From NCBI GenBank assembly GCA_017438525.1, contig JAFRVI010000054.1, positions 10,971-42,970 of the forward strand: DNA of 32,000 bases, in the 5' to 3' direction. A program made the translations under genes and the position numbers. Numbering within the stretch: the stretch's first letter is position 1; the number at the start of each line of letters is the position of its first letter. Under the pieces are notes generated by a model, which was given only the letters and a program-made list of their open reading frames with translations, searched no databases and was not told where the DNA came from. Shown one piece after another: positions 1 through 9,138 of this stretch. Source of the DNA: Clostridia bacterium. GTDB lineage: Bacteria; Bacillota; Clostridia; Oscillospirales; RGIG8002.

Positions 1-1
1 C

Positions 2-139
2 CGCTCCGTCAAATTCGACGACCCCGACATCGGCATCAACTGGCGGCAGTGGGTTGACGGCGACCCGGTAATTTCGGAAAAAGACAGAAAAGCGCCGCTG
101 CTCAAAGACAGCGACTGCAACTTCATTTATAACAAATAA
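2..139 (+). CDS. rfbC: dTDP-4-dehydrorhamnose 3,5-epimerase, C-terminal fragment (5' end outside window)
   Basis: Frame is open from the window edge to TAA at 137-139. The translated tail RSVKFDDPDIGINWRQW...KAPLLKDSDCNFIYNK resembles the conserved RmlC C-terminus (FDDPxxGIxW). rfbB and rfbD lie immediately downstream. Confidence 0.7.
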   Translation, partial: RSVKFDDPDIGINWRQWVDGDPVISEKDRKAPLLKDSDCNFIYNK

Positions 140-167
140 AACCGCTGAGGCGGGGAATGGAGACGTT

Positions 168-1187
168 ATGAAGATTCTCGTCACCGGAGGAGCCGGCTTT
201 ATCGGCTCGAATTTTATCTACTACATGCTCAGGGAGCACCCGGACTACAATATAGTCTGCATCGACAAGCTGACCTACGCCGGCAACCTCGAAACGCTCG
301 AGGAGGCGCTGAAAAACCCGAACTTCTCCTTCGTAAAGGCGGACATCGCCGACCGCAAAGCCGTCTATGAGCTTTTCGAAAAGGAAAGCTTCGATATCGT
401 CGTCAACTTCGCGGCGGAGTCGCACGTCGACCGCTCGATCGAAACGCCGGAGCTTTTCCTCGCGACCAATGTCATGGGCACGCAGGTGCTGCTGGACGCC
501 TCCCGCAAATACGGCGTCAAGCGCTATCACCAGGTATCCACCGACGAGGTCTACGGCGACCTGCCGCTCGACAGGAAGGACCTCTTTTTCACCGAGACGA
601 CGCCGATCCACACCTCCAGCCCGTACTCCGCGTCAAAGGCGGCTGCGGACCTGCTCGTGCTGGCGTACCACCGCACCTACAAGCTGCCGGTGACGATCTC
701 GCGCTGCTCGAACAACTACGGCCCCTATCACTTCCCGGAGAAGCTCATACCGCTGATAATCTCCCGCGCGCTCGCCGACGAGCCGCTGCCGATCTACGGC
801 AAGGGCGAGAACGTCCGCGACTGGCTCTTCGTCGAGGATCACTGCTCCGCGATCGACCTTATCATACATAAGGGCAGAGTGGGCGAGGTCTATAACATCG
901 GCGGCCACAACGAAAAGACCAACCTCGAGGTCGTCAAGGAGATACTCAAACAGCTCGGCAAGCCGGAGTCGCTGATAACCTACGTCACCGACCGTCCCGG
1001 CCACGATATGCGCTACGCGATCGACCCGACGAAGATAGTCGACGAGCTCGGCTGGAAGCCCGCCCACGACTTCGAGAGCGGCATAAAATACACCGTGCAG
1101 TGGTATCTCGACAACCGCAAGTGGTGGGAGAACATCATCAACGGCGAATACAAGAATTATTACGAAAAGATGTACTCCGGCAGATAA
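168..1187 (+). CDS. rfbB: dTDP-glucose 4,6-dehydratase
   Basis: 339 aa with Rossmann motif GGAGFIGSN at the N-terminus and an SDR catalytic YSASKAA (YxxxK). Typical RmlB length and sequence. GGAG Shine-Dalgarno about 5 nt upstream. Confidence 0.95.
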   Translation: MKILVTGGAGFIGSNFIYYMLREHPDYNIVCIDKLTYAGNLETLEEALKNPNFSFVKADIADRKAVYELFEKESFDIVVNFAAESHVDRSIETPELFLATNVMGTQVLLDASRKYGVKRYHQVSTDEVYGDLPLDRKDLFFTETTPIHTSSPYSASKAAADLLVLAYHRTYKLPVTISRCSNNYGPYHFPEKLIPLIISRALADEPLPIYGKGENVRDWLFVEDHCSAIDLIIHKGRVGEVYNIGGHNEKTNLEVVKEILKQLGKPESLITYVTDRPGHDMRYAIDPTKIVDELGWKPAHDFESGIKYTVQWYLDNRKWWENIINGEYKNYYEKMYSGR

Positions 1188-1200
1188 GGAAGCGATATAA

Positions 1201-2082
1201 ATGAAAGTATTGGTCACGGGCGTCAAGGGCCAGCTCGGCTACGACGTCGTCAAGGAGCTTGAAAAGCGCGGCGTAGAAGCCAAAGGCGTCGACATCGAGG
1301 ATTTCGACCTCACGAACGCGGCTCAGGTAATGGATTACGTCACCGCCTGCGCGCCGGACGCGGTCGTGCACTGCGCCGCCTTCACCGCCGTCGATAAGGC
1401 GGAGGAGGCGACGGAGCTCTGCTTCGCCGTCAACGCCGAAGGCACCGGCAATATCGCGAAGGCGTGCAAATCCGTCGGCGCAAAGCTGATCTACATCAGC
1501 ACCGACTACGTTTACGACGGGCAGGGGAGCGAACCCTTCGCGCCCGACAGCCCGAAAGCGCCGATAAACAAATACGGCGAGAGCAAATACCTCGGCGAAC
1601 TCCGCGCTGCCGAGCAGACGGATAAGCTCTTCATCGTACGCATCTCGTGGGTGTTCGGCGTCAACGGCGGCAACTTCGTCCGCACGATGCTGAAGCTCGG
1701 CGAAACGCGGGGGGAACTGACCGTCGTCGACGACCAGATCGGCTCGCCGACCTACACCGCCGACCTCGCCGTGCTGCTCGCGGATATGGTGCAGACGGAG
1801 AAATACGGCGTCTACTGCGCCACTAACGAGGGGTACTGCAGCTGGGCTGAGTTCGCGCAGGCGATCTTTGACGCCGCGGGCGCGGACGTGAAGGTCCTTC
1901 CGATCAGCACGGAGGAATACCTGCAAATGCGCCCGCAGGCAGCGAAACGGCCGAAAAATTCGCGTATGTCAAAGCAGGCGCTTGACGACGCCGGCTTCAA
2001 GCGACTCCCGCCGTGGCAGGATGCGCTCGTGAGATATATTGATACTATTCTGGGGGAATACGGCTATGCACAAAATCGTTAA
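1201..2082 (+). CDS. rfbD: dTDP-4-dehydrorhamnose reductase
   Basis: 293 aa with N-terminal VTGVKGQLG nucleotide-binding motif and YGESKYLGE (YxxxK). RmlD-like throughout and follows rfbB by 13 nt. Confidence 0.92.
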   Translation: MKVLVTGVKGQLGYDVVKELEKRGVEAKGVDIEDFDLTNAAQVMDYVTACAPDAVVHCAAFTAVDKAEEATELCFAVNAEGTGNIAKACKSVGAKLIYISTDYVYDGQGSEPFAPDSPKAPINKYGESKYLGELRAAEQTDKLFIVRISWVFGVNGGNFVRTMLKLGETRGELTVVDDQIGSPTYTADLAVLLADMVQTEKYGVYCATNEGYCSWAEFAQAIFDAAGADVKVLPISTEEYLQMRPQAAKRPKNSRMSKQALDDAGFKRLPPWQDALVRYIDTILGEYGYAQNR

Positions 2083-2908
2083 AAAACAACGGCTGAACGA
2101 AAACACGGTGCTGATGGAGATAGAAGCGCCGCTCGTCGCCGCTAAGGTTAAGGCGGGGCAGTTCATCATGCTCCGCATCGACGAGCACGGTGAGAGGATA
2201 CCCCTCACCGTCGCCGACCACGACGCCGTAAGGCAGACGGTCTCGATCATATTCCAGGAGGTCGGCGCCACGACGATGCGCCTCGGCGAAATGAACGAGG
2301 GCGATTGCCTCCGCGACGTCGTCGGCCCGCTCGGCAGACCGTCCGAGCTGGAGGGCATAAAGCGCGCCGCCGTCATCGGCGGCGGACTCGGATGCGCGAT
2401 CGCGTATCCGCAGGCGAAGGCGCTTCACGAAATGGGCGCGAAGGTGGACATCATCGCGGGCTTCCGCAACGTCGGCATCGTCATCCTCGAGGACGAGATG
2501 CGCGCCGTATGCGATAACCTCTACATAACCACCGACGACGGCTCCAACGGCAACAAGGGCTTCGTCACCGACGAGCTGAAAAAGCACATCGAGGAGGGCG
2601 CGGACTACGACGCCGTCATCGCCATCGGCCCGCTGCCGATGATGAAGTTCGTATCGAAGCTTACGAAGGAGTACGGCATAAAGACCATCGTCAGCATGAA
2701 CACCGTAATGATCGACGGCACGGGGATGTGCGGCGGCTGCCGCGTCACCGTCGGCGGCGAAGTGAAGTTCGCCTGCGTCGACGGCCCCGACTTCGACGGA
2801 CACCTTGTCGACTTCGACGAGGCGATGAGGAGAAACGGCTTCTACAAGGCGGAGGAAAAGGCCGCGGTCGAAGCGCATAAGTGCCGTCTCGGCATGGGAG
2901 GCAAATAA
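2066..2908 (+). CDS. nfnA: NfnA-type ferredoxin-NADP+ oxidoreductase small subunit (sulfide/dihydroorotate dehydrogenase-like FAD/NAD-binding protein)
   Basis: Track ORF 2039-2908. Preferred start is ATG 2066 (MHKIVKKQRL...) with GGGGGAA SD 7 nt upstream. FNR-like fold sequence plus a C-terminal Cys cluster (GTGMCGGCRV...FACVDGP). Stop TAA overlaps the ATG of the partner gene (TAATG). Confidence 0.85.
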   Translation: MHKIVKKQRLNENTVLMEIEAPLVAAKVKAGQFIMLRIDEHGERIPLTVADHDAVRQTVSIIFQEVGATTMRLGEMNEGDCLRDVVGPLGRPSELEGIKRAAVIGGGLGCAIAYPQAKALHEMGAKVDIIAGFRNVGIVILEDEMRAVCDNLYITTDDGSNGNKGFVTDELKKHIEEGADYDAVIAIGPLPMMKFVSKLTKEYGIKTIVSMNTVMIDGTGMCGGCRVTVGGEVKFACVDGPDFDGHLVDFDEAMRRNGFYKAEEKAAVEAHKCRLGMGGK

Positions 2909-4290
2909 TGGCAAACATGACACCCAACAAATGCCCGATGCCCGTTCAGGACCCGGACGTCAGAAACAAAAACTTCGAAGAGGTCGCCCTCGGCTACACC
3001 ATGGAAATGGCGATGGGCGAGGCGGAACGCTGCCTCAACTGCAAAAACAGCCCCTGCGTCAGCGGCTGCCCCGTCGGCGTGCGCATCCCCGACTTCATCT
3101 CGCTTATCAAGGCGGGGGATATCGAGGGCGCTTACGCGAAGATAAAGGAAACGAACGCGCTGCCCGCCGTCTGCGGCAGAGTCTGCCCGCAGGAGAACCA
3201 GTGCGAGAGCAAGTGCGTGCGCGGCATAAAGACCGAGCCGGTCGGCATCGGTCGGCTTGAACGCTTCGCCGCCGACTACTGCTTCGGCAAGGGAGACGCC
3301 GGCGAAAAAGCCGCCCCCAACGGCAAGAAGGTCGCCGTCGTAGGCGCCGGCCCCGCGGGTCTTACCTGCGCGGGCGCGCTCGCGAAGCTCGGTTACTCGG
3401 TCACTATCTTTGAGGCGTCTCACGTTGCCGGCGGCGTGCTCGTCTACGGCATCCCGCAGTTCCGTCTGCCCAAGGAGATCGTCAAGGCGGAGATCGACGC
3501 GCTTGAGGCCTCCGGCGTGGAGATCAAGCTCAACGCCGTCGTCGGCAGAGCCGTCACGATCGACGAGCTGCTCGGCGGCGAATACTCCGCCGTCTTCGTC
3601 GGCACCGGCGCTGGACTCCCGAAGTTCATGGGCATCGAGGGCGAGGCGCTCAACGGCGTCTATTCCGCCAATGAATACCTGACTCGCATCAACCTGATGA
3701 AAGCGTACAAGGACGAATACGACACGCCAATCAAGCGCGGCGGCAGCGTCGCCGTCGTCGGCGGAGGCAACGTCGCGATGGACGCCGCCCGCTGTGCGCT
3801 ACGCATGGGCAGCGATCACGTCTATATCATCTACCGCAGGAGCGAGGCGGAAATGCCCGCCCGCGTCGAAGAGGTCCACCACGCCAAGGAGGAGGGCGTC
3901 GACTTTAAGATGCTGACCAACCCCGTCCGCGTGCTCGACGACGGGAACGGCTGCGTCAGCGGCATCGAGTGCGTCGAGATGGAGCTCGGCGAGCCGGACG
4001 AAAGCGGCCGCCGCAGTCCGGTCGAGAAGCAGGGCAGCAACTTCGTCATTCCTGTCAACGCCGTGATAATGGCGCTCGGCACGACGCCGAACCCGCTCAT
4101 CAGAAGCACGACCGCGGGACTTGATACCAACCGCCGCGGCTGCATAATCGTCAACGAAGAGACGATGGAATCGAGCAAGCCGAACGTCTACGCCGGCGGC
4201 GACGCCGTCACCGGCGCGGCTACGGTCATCCTCGCGATGGGCGCGGGCAAAAAAGCCGCCGCCGCCATCCACGAGAAGCTTAGCAAATAA
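2908..4290 (+). CDS. nfnB: NfnB-type subunit / NADPH-dependent glutamate synthase small-chain-like (GltD family) oxidoreductase
   Basis: Track ORF starts at GTG 2881. Preferred start is ATG 2908 with GGGAGG SD at 2895-2900. Carries Fe-S Cys motifs (CLNCKNSPCVSGCP; CGRVCPQENQCESKC) and two dinucleotide-binding motifs (VAVVGAGPAGL, VAVVGGGNVAMD). Confidence 0.9.
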   Translation: MANMTPNKCPMPVQDPDVRNKNFEEVALGYTMEMAMGEAERCLNCKNSPCVSGCPVGVRIPDFISLIKAGDIEGAYAKIKETNALPAVCGRVCPQENQCESKCVRGIKTEPVGIGRLERFAADYCFGKGDAGEKAAPNGKKVAVVGAGPAGLTCAGALAKLGYSVTIFEASHVAGGVLVYGIPQFRLPKEIVKAEIDALEASGVEIKLNAVVGRAVTIDELLGGEYSAVFVGTGAGLPKFMGIEGEALNGVYSANEYLTRINLMKAYKDEYDTPIKRGGSVAVVGGGNVAMDAARCALRMGSDHVYIIYRRSEAEMPARVEEVHHAKEEGVDFKMLTNPVRVLDDGNGCVSGIECVEMELGEPDESGRRSPVEKQGSNFVIPVNAVIMALGTTPNPLIRSTTAGLDTNRRGCIIVNEETMESSKPNVYAGGDAVTGAATVILAMGAGKKAAAAIHEKLSK

Positions 4291-4306
4291 TAAAAGGCGT
4301 AATAAT

Positions 4307-4344
4307 AACGGCGCGTTTCGCTTGAAACGCGCCGTTACTTTTTT
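4307..4344. terminator. Bidirectional rho-independent terminator between convergent nfnB and the permease gene
   Basis: Perfect 13-bp stem AACGGCGCGTTTC / GAAACGCGCCGTT with loop GCTT, followed by ACTTTTTT on the + strand and flanked by an A/T-rich run on the other side. Confidence 0.8.
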
Positions 4345-4353
4345 GTTCTCTTT

Positions 4354-5505
4354 TCACAGCAGTTTTATCACGCTCATGAACGCGATCAGCGCCGCGAGGA
4401 AGCCGAAGTTGAACGCAGAAAACTTCGCGATATAGCTCCACGTTTTTCCGGGGTTGTGCCTGACGTATTCGCGAAAGGTTATCAAGCTCGCGAGCGAAGC
4501 GATCAGCGCGCCGACGCCGCCGATATTGACTCCGACGAGCAGGTCGGGGTAGTTCGCCGTGAACTGCGAGAGCAGTATCGCCGATGGCACGTTGCTTATG
4601 CACTGGCAGCTCGCCGCGCTGAAAACGAGCGTGTTCCGGTCGAGCAGCGACGAGAAAAAACCGCGCACCGCTTCTATCCGCGCCATGTTGCCGGCGAAGA
4701 CGAAGAAAAAAACGAAGGTCAGCAGCAGGGGATAGTCCACCTGAAGCAGCGCTTTTCTGTCAAAGACGAGCAGCGCCGCCGGAATGACGATCAGCCCTAT
4801 CCAATAGGGTATTCCTCGGAAAACTATCGCTATCGAGAGGGCGAAAAGCGCCAGATATACCGTCGTTTTTACCGGGTCGAGCTCTACCTTTTCATCCGGT
4901 ACCTCCAGCCGCTCCGGGCGCACGAAAAAGACGCAGCAGAGCGTTATCAGCGCGATAGATACCGCGAACGGCGGCGCCATTATCTTCATGAACTCCGTCG
5001 CGGGAATGTTGAACTTCGTGTATAGATAGAGGTTCTGCGGATTGCCGAAGGGAGTGAGCATACCGCCGAGGTTCGCCGCTATATTCTGCATTATGAATGT
5101 GAACGCCATATACTTCTCTTTGCCGGTCGTCGTCAATACGAGGTATCCGAGCGGCAGGAAGGTCAGCAGCGCCATGTCGTTCGCTATCAGCATCGAGCCT
5201 ATGAAGGTGATATAGACGAGCGTGAGTATGCACTTGCGTGCGTTTCTGAAAAAATGCACCGCCTTCCGCGCCAGCAGGTAGAAGAAGCGCACGTTCTTCA
5301 AAGCGCATACGACCGCGAGCACGCAGAAAAGGCAGGTCAGCGTCTTATAGTCGAAGTAGCGGGCGTATTCGGCGTCCGGCGGGACGATGACGCTCGTGAT
5401 AACGGCCGCAATAAAAGCGACGAACATAACGGCGTATTTTACGATAAACGCCTTCGTCGCTCGTGCGATATTCGGTTTTTCCGTCGGCTGCATTGGTCGC
5501 GTCAC
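4354..5505 (-). CDS. Integral membrane anion/citrate-type permease (CitMHS / ArsB-NhaD superfamily-like)
   Basis: 383 aa, hydrophobic throughout with about 10 predicted TM segments. The motif GGMLTPFGNPQNLYLY resembles the conserved hairpin motif of the ArsB/NhaD/CitMHS permease superfamily. The SD is weak, so the start is uncertain. Confidence 0.7.
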   Translation of the reverse strand: MTRPMQPTEKPNIARATKAFIVKYAVMFVAFIAAVITSVIVPPDAEYARYFDYKTLTCLFCVLAVVCALKNVRFFYLLARKAVHFFRNARKCILTLVYITFIGSMLIANDMALLTFLPLGYLVLTTTGKEKYMAFTFIMQNIAANLGGMLTPFGNPQNLYLYTKFNIPATEFMKIMAPPFAVSIALITLCCVFFVRPERLEVPDEKVELDPVKTTVYLALFALSIAIVFRGIPYWIGLIVIPAALLVFDRKALLQVDYPLLLTFVFFFVFAGNMARIEAVRGFFSSLLDRNTLVFSAASCQCISNVPSAILLSQFTANYPDLLVGVNIGGVGALIASLASLITFREYVRHNPGKTWSYIAKFSAFNFGFLAALIAFMSVIKLL

Positions 5506-5607
5506 TGTCCGTTTGAGATTTTAACATAGAAAAACTACCACTATTCGCGCCGGATGTCAAGAGGTTTTTTCGACGGATCCCGCTTTTTTTCGCAAAGGCG
5601 TTTCCGG

Positions 5608-5636
5608 TTGACTTCGGGCGCGGTTTGCGGTAAAAT
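5608..5636 (+). promoter_or_regulatory. Sigma-A-type promoter for the esterase-tex transcription unit
   Basis: TTGACT (5608-5613), 17-nt spacer, TAAAAT (5631-5636), about 30 nt upstream of ATG 5666, which has an AGGGGTG SD. Confidence 0.5.
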
Positions 5637-5665
5637 ATATGCATAGATAAGCAAGGGGTGTTATT

Positions 5666-6967
5666 ATGAAATTAGCCGAAATATTCTGCGACGGGATGGT
5701 GCTGCAGCGCGATAAGGAGATACGCGTTTTCGGCAGCGGGAAAGGCGAGGGCAAGGTCGAGTTCCTCGGCCGCGAAACCCGCTTCACCGCCGACGGCGGC
5801 TTCGTCGTGACGCTTCCCGCGGCCTCCGCGGGCGGGCCTTATGAAATGCGCGTCACGCTCGGCGGCGAAGAAGCCGTCATCCGCGATATCCTCGTCGGCG
5901 ACGTTTACCTCGCTTCCGGGCAGTCGAATATGGCGCTGATGCTCGGAGAGATCGGGCAGGAGGCGTACGCGGAAACGGACGCCGTCAGATACTTCAAGGA
6001 GCCGCATTTTCCGGACGATAACCTCGATCCGTGGCTCGACTTCAAGGGCTGGGAAAAGTGCGGAAAAGAGGCGTCGAAGGGCTTCTCCGCCGTCGCCTAC
6101 TACTTCGCGGCGAAGCTGAACGCCGAGACCGGCGTTCCGGTCGGGATCGTATGCAGTAGCATCGGCGCTTCCACCGTGGACGCGTGGACCTCGCCGGAGG
6201 TGGTGAATACGCCGGAGTATCAGGCGCTCGTCGCCGTGCGGCACAACGACTTTTTTGAATATAAGTTCAACCAAAACTGCTGGCTTTACCGCCACAAGCT
6301 GCGGCCGCTTATCCCGTATTCATTCGCGGGCGCGCTGTGGTATCAGGGCGAAAGCGACCGCCGCGTCGAGGAGGCGCGGAACTACGACAAAATGCTCGCC
6401 GCGCTGATAAACGACTGGCGCGGACGCTTCGGATACGAGCTGCCGTTTTACTGCGTGCAGATAATGCCCTTCAACGAGCCGGAGAGCGAGCCCGCGTGGG
6501 CGGTCATACGCGAAGGGATAGAGAAGGCGTCGAAGACGCTGGACAAGACGTATATGGTCACGCTTTTCAACACCGGCGAGGCGGATAACATCCACCCGAC
6601 TAAGAAGCGCGGCGTCGGCGAGGCGCTCGCGAACGCCGTCCTGTGCCGTCAGTTCGGGCGCGGGGTCGAATACTGCGGCCCGGTGCTCGAAGCCGTCTCC
6701 GTCGCGGACGGGGAGGCGAAGCTGACCTTCTCCCACGCGGACGGCCTGCGCTTCGACGGCGCACCGCGCGACGTTTACGCGCTGCTGCCGGAGGGCGAGG
6801 CGCCCGCGGAGTGCGCGATCGCCGACGGCGCGGTTTTCGTCAAGCTGCCGCCGGACGCGGCAGGCGTTTCCATGGGCTGGCGCAACGCGCCGGAACACAA
6901 TCTTTATAATTCAAGCGGCCTCCTCGCGTCGCCGTTCAGATACTGTTTTCAGAAAGCGGAGAAATAA
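5666..6967 (+). CDS. Sialate O-acetylesterase-like (SASA/DUF303, SGNH-type) carbohydrate esterase
   Basis: 433 aa. An N-terminal beta-rich region is followed by the hallmark GQSNM nucleophile motif (VYLASGQSNMALM) and WYQGESD, as in the SASA domain family. No signal peptide is visible. Confidence 0.8.
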   Translation: MKLAEIFCDGMVLQRDKEIRVFGSGKGEGKVEFLGRETRFTADGGFVVTLPAASAGGPYEMRVTLGGEEAVIRDILVGDVYLASGQSNMALMLGEIGQEAYAETDAVRYFKEPHFPDDNLDPWLDFKGWEKCGKEASKGFSAVAYYFAAKLNAETGVPVGIVCSSIGASTVDAWTSPEVVNTPEYQALVAVRHNDFFEYKFNQNCWLYRHKLRPLIPYSFAGALWYQGESDRRVEEARNYDKMLAALINDWRGRFGYELPFYCVQIMPFNEPESEPAWAVIREGIEKASKTLDKTYMVTLFNTGEADNIHPTKKRGVGEALANAVLCRQFGRGVEYCGPVLEAVSVADGEAKLTFSHADGLRFDGAPRDVYALLPEGEAPAECAIADGAVFVKLPPDAAGVSMGWRNAPEHNLYNSSGLLASPFRYCFQKAEK

Positions 6968-9127
6968 ATGAACTATTCCGAAGTAATCGCAAAGCAGTTC
7001 AACGTAAAAGAAGAATACGTCGGCAACATAATCGCCCTTCTCGACGAGGGCAACACGATCCCTTTCATCGCGCGCTACCGCAAGGAGGCGCACGGCACGA
7101 TGGACGACCAGCTCATCCGTCAGATCGCGGATAAGCTGACCTACCTGCGCAACCTCGACGCGCGGCGCGAGGAGGTGCGCGGGCTGATAACGGAGCAGGG
7201 GAATATGACCGATGAGATCTCCGCCGCGCTCGACAAGGCCGCGACGCTCGCCGAGATCGACGACATCTACCGCCCCTTCCGCCCGAAGCGCAAAACGCGC
7301 GCCTCCGTCGCTAAGGAAAAGGGACTTGAACCCTTAGCGAAGGAGCTTCTCGCGGGGCAGAGCGGAAACGCCGATCCGCTCGGGCTCGCCGCGAAGTATA
7401 TCGACGCGGAAAAGGGAGTCGAAACCGCCGAAGACGCGCTTCAGGGCGCGAAGGATATCATCGCGGAGGACGTTTCCGACAACGCCGAGGTGCGCCGCCG
7501 CATTCGCAACCTCGTAATGCTCGGCGGGCGGCTGGACTCCAAAGCCGCCGACGAAAGCGCCGAGAGCGTCTACGAGCAGTATTACGACTTCTCACAGCCC
7601 GTCCGCGACGTCGCCGGACATCGCGTCCTCGCGGTCAACAGAGGCGAAAAAGAGGGCTTTTTGAAGGTCTCGATCGGCATGGATGACGAGAAGCCGCTGA
7701 ATTCGATAAGATCGCTTTACGTCAGAGGCGAAACGCCCTGCGCCGCCGCCGTCGCGGAGGCGTGCGAGGACTCATATTCGCGCCTGATATTCCCGTCGAT
7801 AGAGAGGGAGATACGCGCCGAGCTGACCGACTCCGCGTCCGAAGGCGCGATAAAGCTTTTCGGCGCGAATCTGCGCCAGCTGCTGCTTCAGCCGCCGGTC
7901 AAGGGCAAGGTTGCCATGGGGCTCGACCCTGGCTACCGCACCGGCTGCAAGGTTGCCGTCGTCGACGGCACCGGCAAGGTGCTCGACACCTCCGTCGTCT
8001 ACCTCACTCACGGCGAGGCGCAGGCGGAAAAGTCAAAGCGTATACTTAAAGACCTCATCAAAAAGCACGGCGTTGAAATTATCGCGATAGGGAACGGCAC
8101 GGCATCGAAAGAAACGGAATTGTTTACCGCAAACCTGCTTCACGAGTTGACAAATAAAGTGTCGTATATGGTGGTCAGCGAGGCGGGCGCGTCGGTCTAT
8201 TCGGCGTCCAAGCTCGCCGCCGAGGAGATGCCGGACTTCGACCTGACGCTACGCAGCGCCGTTTCGATAGCGCGGCGCCTGCAGGACCCGCTCGCCGAGC
8301 TCGTCAAAATCGAGCCGAAGGCGATCGGCGTCGGGCAGTATCAGCACGATATGCCGCCGAAGCGTCTGGACGAGGCGCTCGACGGCGTGGTAGAGGACTG
8401 CGTCAACAGCGTCGGCGCGGAGCTCAACACCGCTTCGCCCGCGCTCCTTTCGCACATTGCCGGGATCACTCCCGCGTTGTCGAAAAATATCGTCGCATAC
8501 CGCGAGGAGAACGGCCGCTTCAAGTCCAGAAGCGAGCTGAAAAAGGTCCCGAAGCTCGGGCCGAAAGCGTTCGAGCAGTGCGCGGGCTTCCTGCGCGTAG
8601 CGGACGGCGCCGACCCGCTCGACAACACCGGCGTGCATCCGGAATCCTACGCCGCCGCGAAGGCGCTGCTGAAGCGATTCGGGCTCACGCCCGCGGACGT
8701 CGCGGCAGGCAAAGCCGCCTCCGCCGCGGAGTCGCTCACTCCCGCGTCGATCGCGAAGCTCGCCGCCGAGCTCGGCGTCGGCGAACCGACCCTCGCGGAT
8801 ATAGTCAAAGAGCTCGCGAAGCCCGGGCGCGACCCACGCGACGAGCTTCCGCCGCCGCTGCTCCGCACGGACGTGCTCGCGATGGAGGATCTGCGCGAAG
8901 GGATGACGCTGAAGGGTACCGTCCGCAACGTCATCGACTTCGGCGCCTTCGTCGATATCGGCGTCCACCAGGACGGGCTCGTCCACGTTTCGCAGATCAG
9001 CGATAAGTTCGTCAAGCACCCGTCCGAAGTCGTCTCCGTCGGCGACGTCGTGACCGTCCGCGTGCTCGGCGTCGACCTCAAAAAGAAGCGCATCAGTCTT
9101 TCGATGAAAACCGTCGTCGAAAACTGA
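6968..9127 (+). CDS. tex: Tex-like transcription accessory protein with S1 RNA-binding domain
   Basis: 719 aa. N-terminal Tex motif IPFIARYRKE, central YqgF/RNase-H-like segment (IAIGNGTASKETE), HhH region and C-terminal S1 domain (GTVRNVIDFGAFVDIGVHQDGLVHVSQIS). The ATG directly follows the esterase TAA stop. Confidence 0.95.
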   Translation: MNYSEVIAKQFNVKEEYVGNIIALLDEGNTIPFIARYRKEAHGTMDDQLIRQIADKLTYLRNLDARREEVRGLITEQGNMTDEISAALDKAATLAEIDDIYRPFRPKRKTRASVAKEKGLEPLAKELLAGQSGNADPLGLAAKYIDAEKGVETAEDALQGAKDIIAEDVSDNAEVRRRIRNLVMLGGRLDSKAADESAESVYEQYYDFSQPVRDVAGHRVLAVNRGEKEGFLKVSIGMDDEKPLNSIRSLYVRGETPCAAAVAEACEDSYSRLIFPSIEREIRAELTDSASEGAIKLFGANLRQLLLQPPVKGKVAMGLDPGYRTGCKVAVVDGTGKVLDTSVVYLTHGEAQAEKSKRILKDLIKKHGVEIIAIGNGTASKETELFTANLLHELTNKVSYMVVSEAGASVYSASKLAAEEMPDFDLTLRSAVSIARRLQDPLAELVKIEPKAIGVGQYQHDMPPKRLDEALDGVVEDCVNSVGAELNTASPALLSHIAGITPALSKNIVAYREENGRFKSRSELKKVPKLGPKAFEQCAGFLRVADGADPLDNTGVHPESYAAAKALLKRFGLTPADVAAGKAASAAESLTPASIAKLAAELGVGEPTLADIVKELAKPGRDPRDELPPPLLRTDVLAMEDLREGMTLKGTVRNVIDFGAFVDIGVHQDGLVHVSQISDKFVKHPSEVVSVGDVVTVRVLGVDLKKKRISLSMKTVVEN

Positions 9128-9138
9128 AAGGAGAGATT

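Noticed and set aside
633-2923. Series of long minus-strand ORFs (633-1226, 1138-1926, 2045-2923) opposite rfbB/rfbD/nfnA
   Set aside because: The plus-strand products have strong family motifs. The minus-strand translations are low-complexity. Shadow ORFs.
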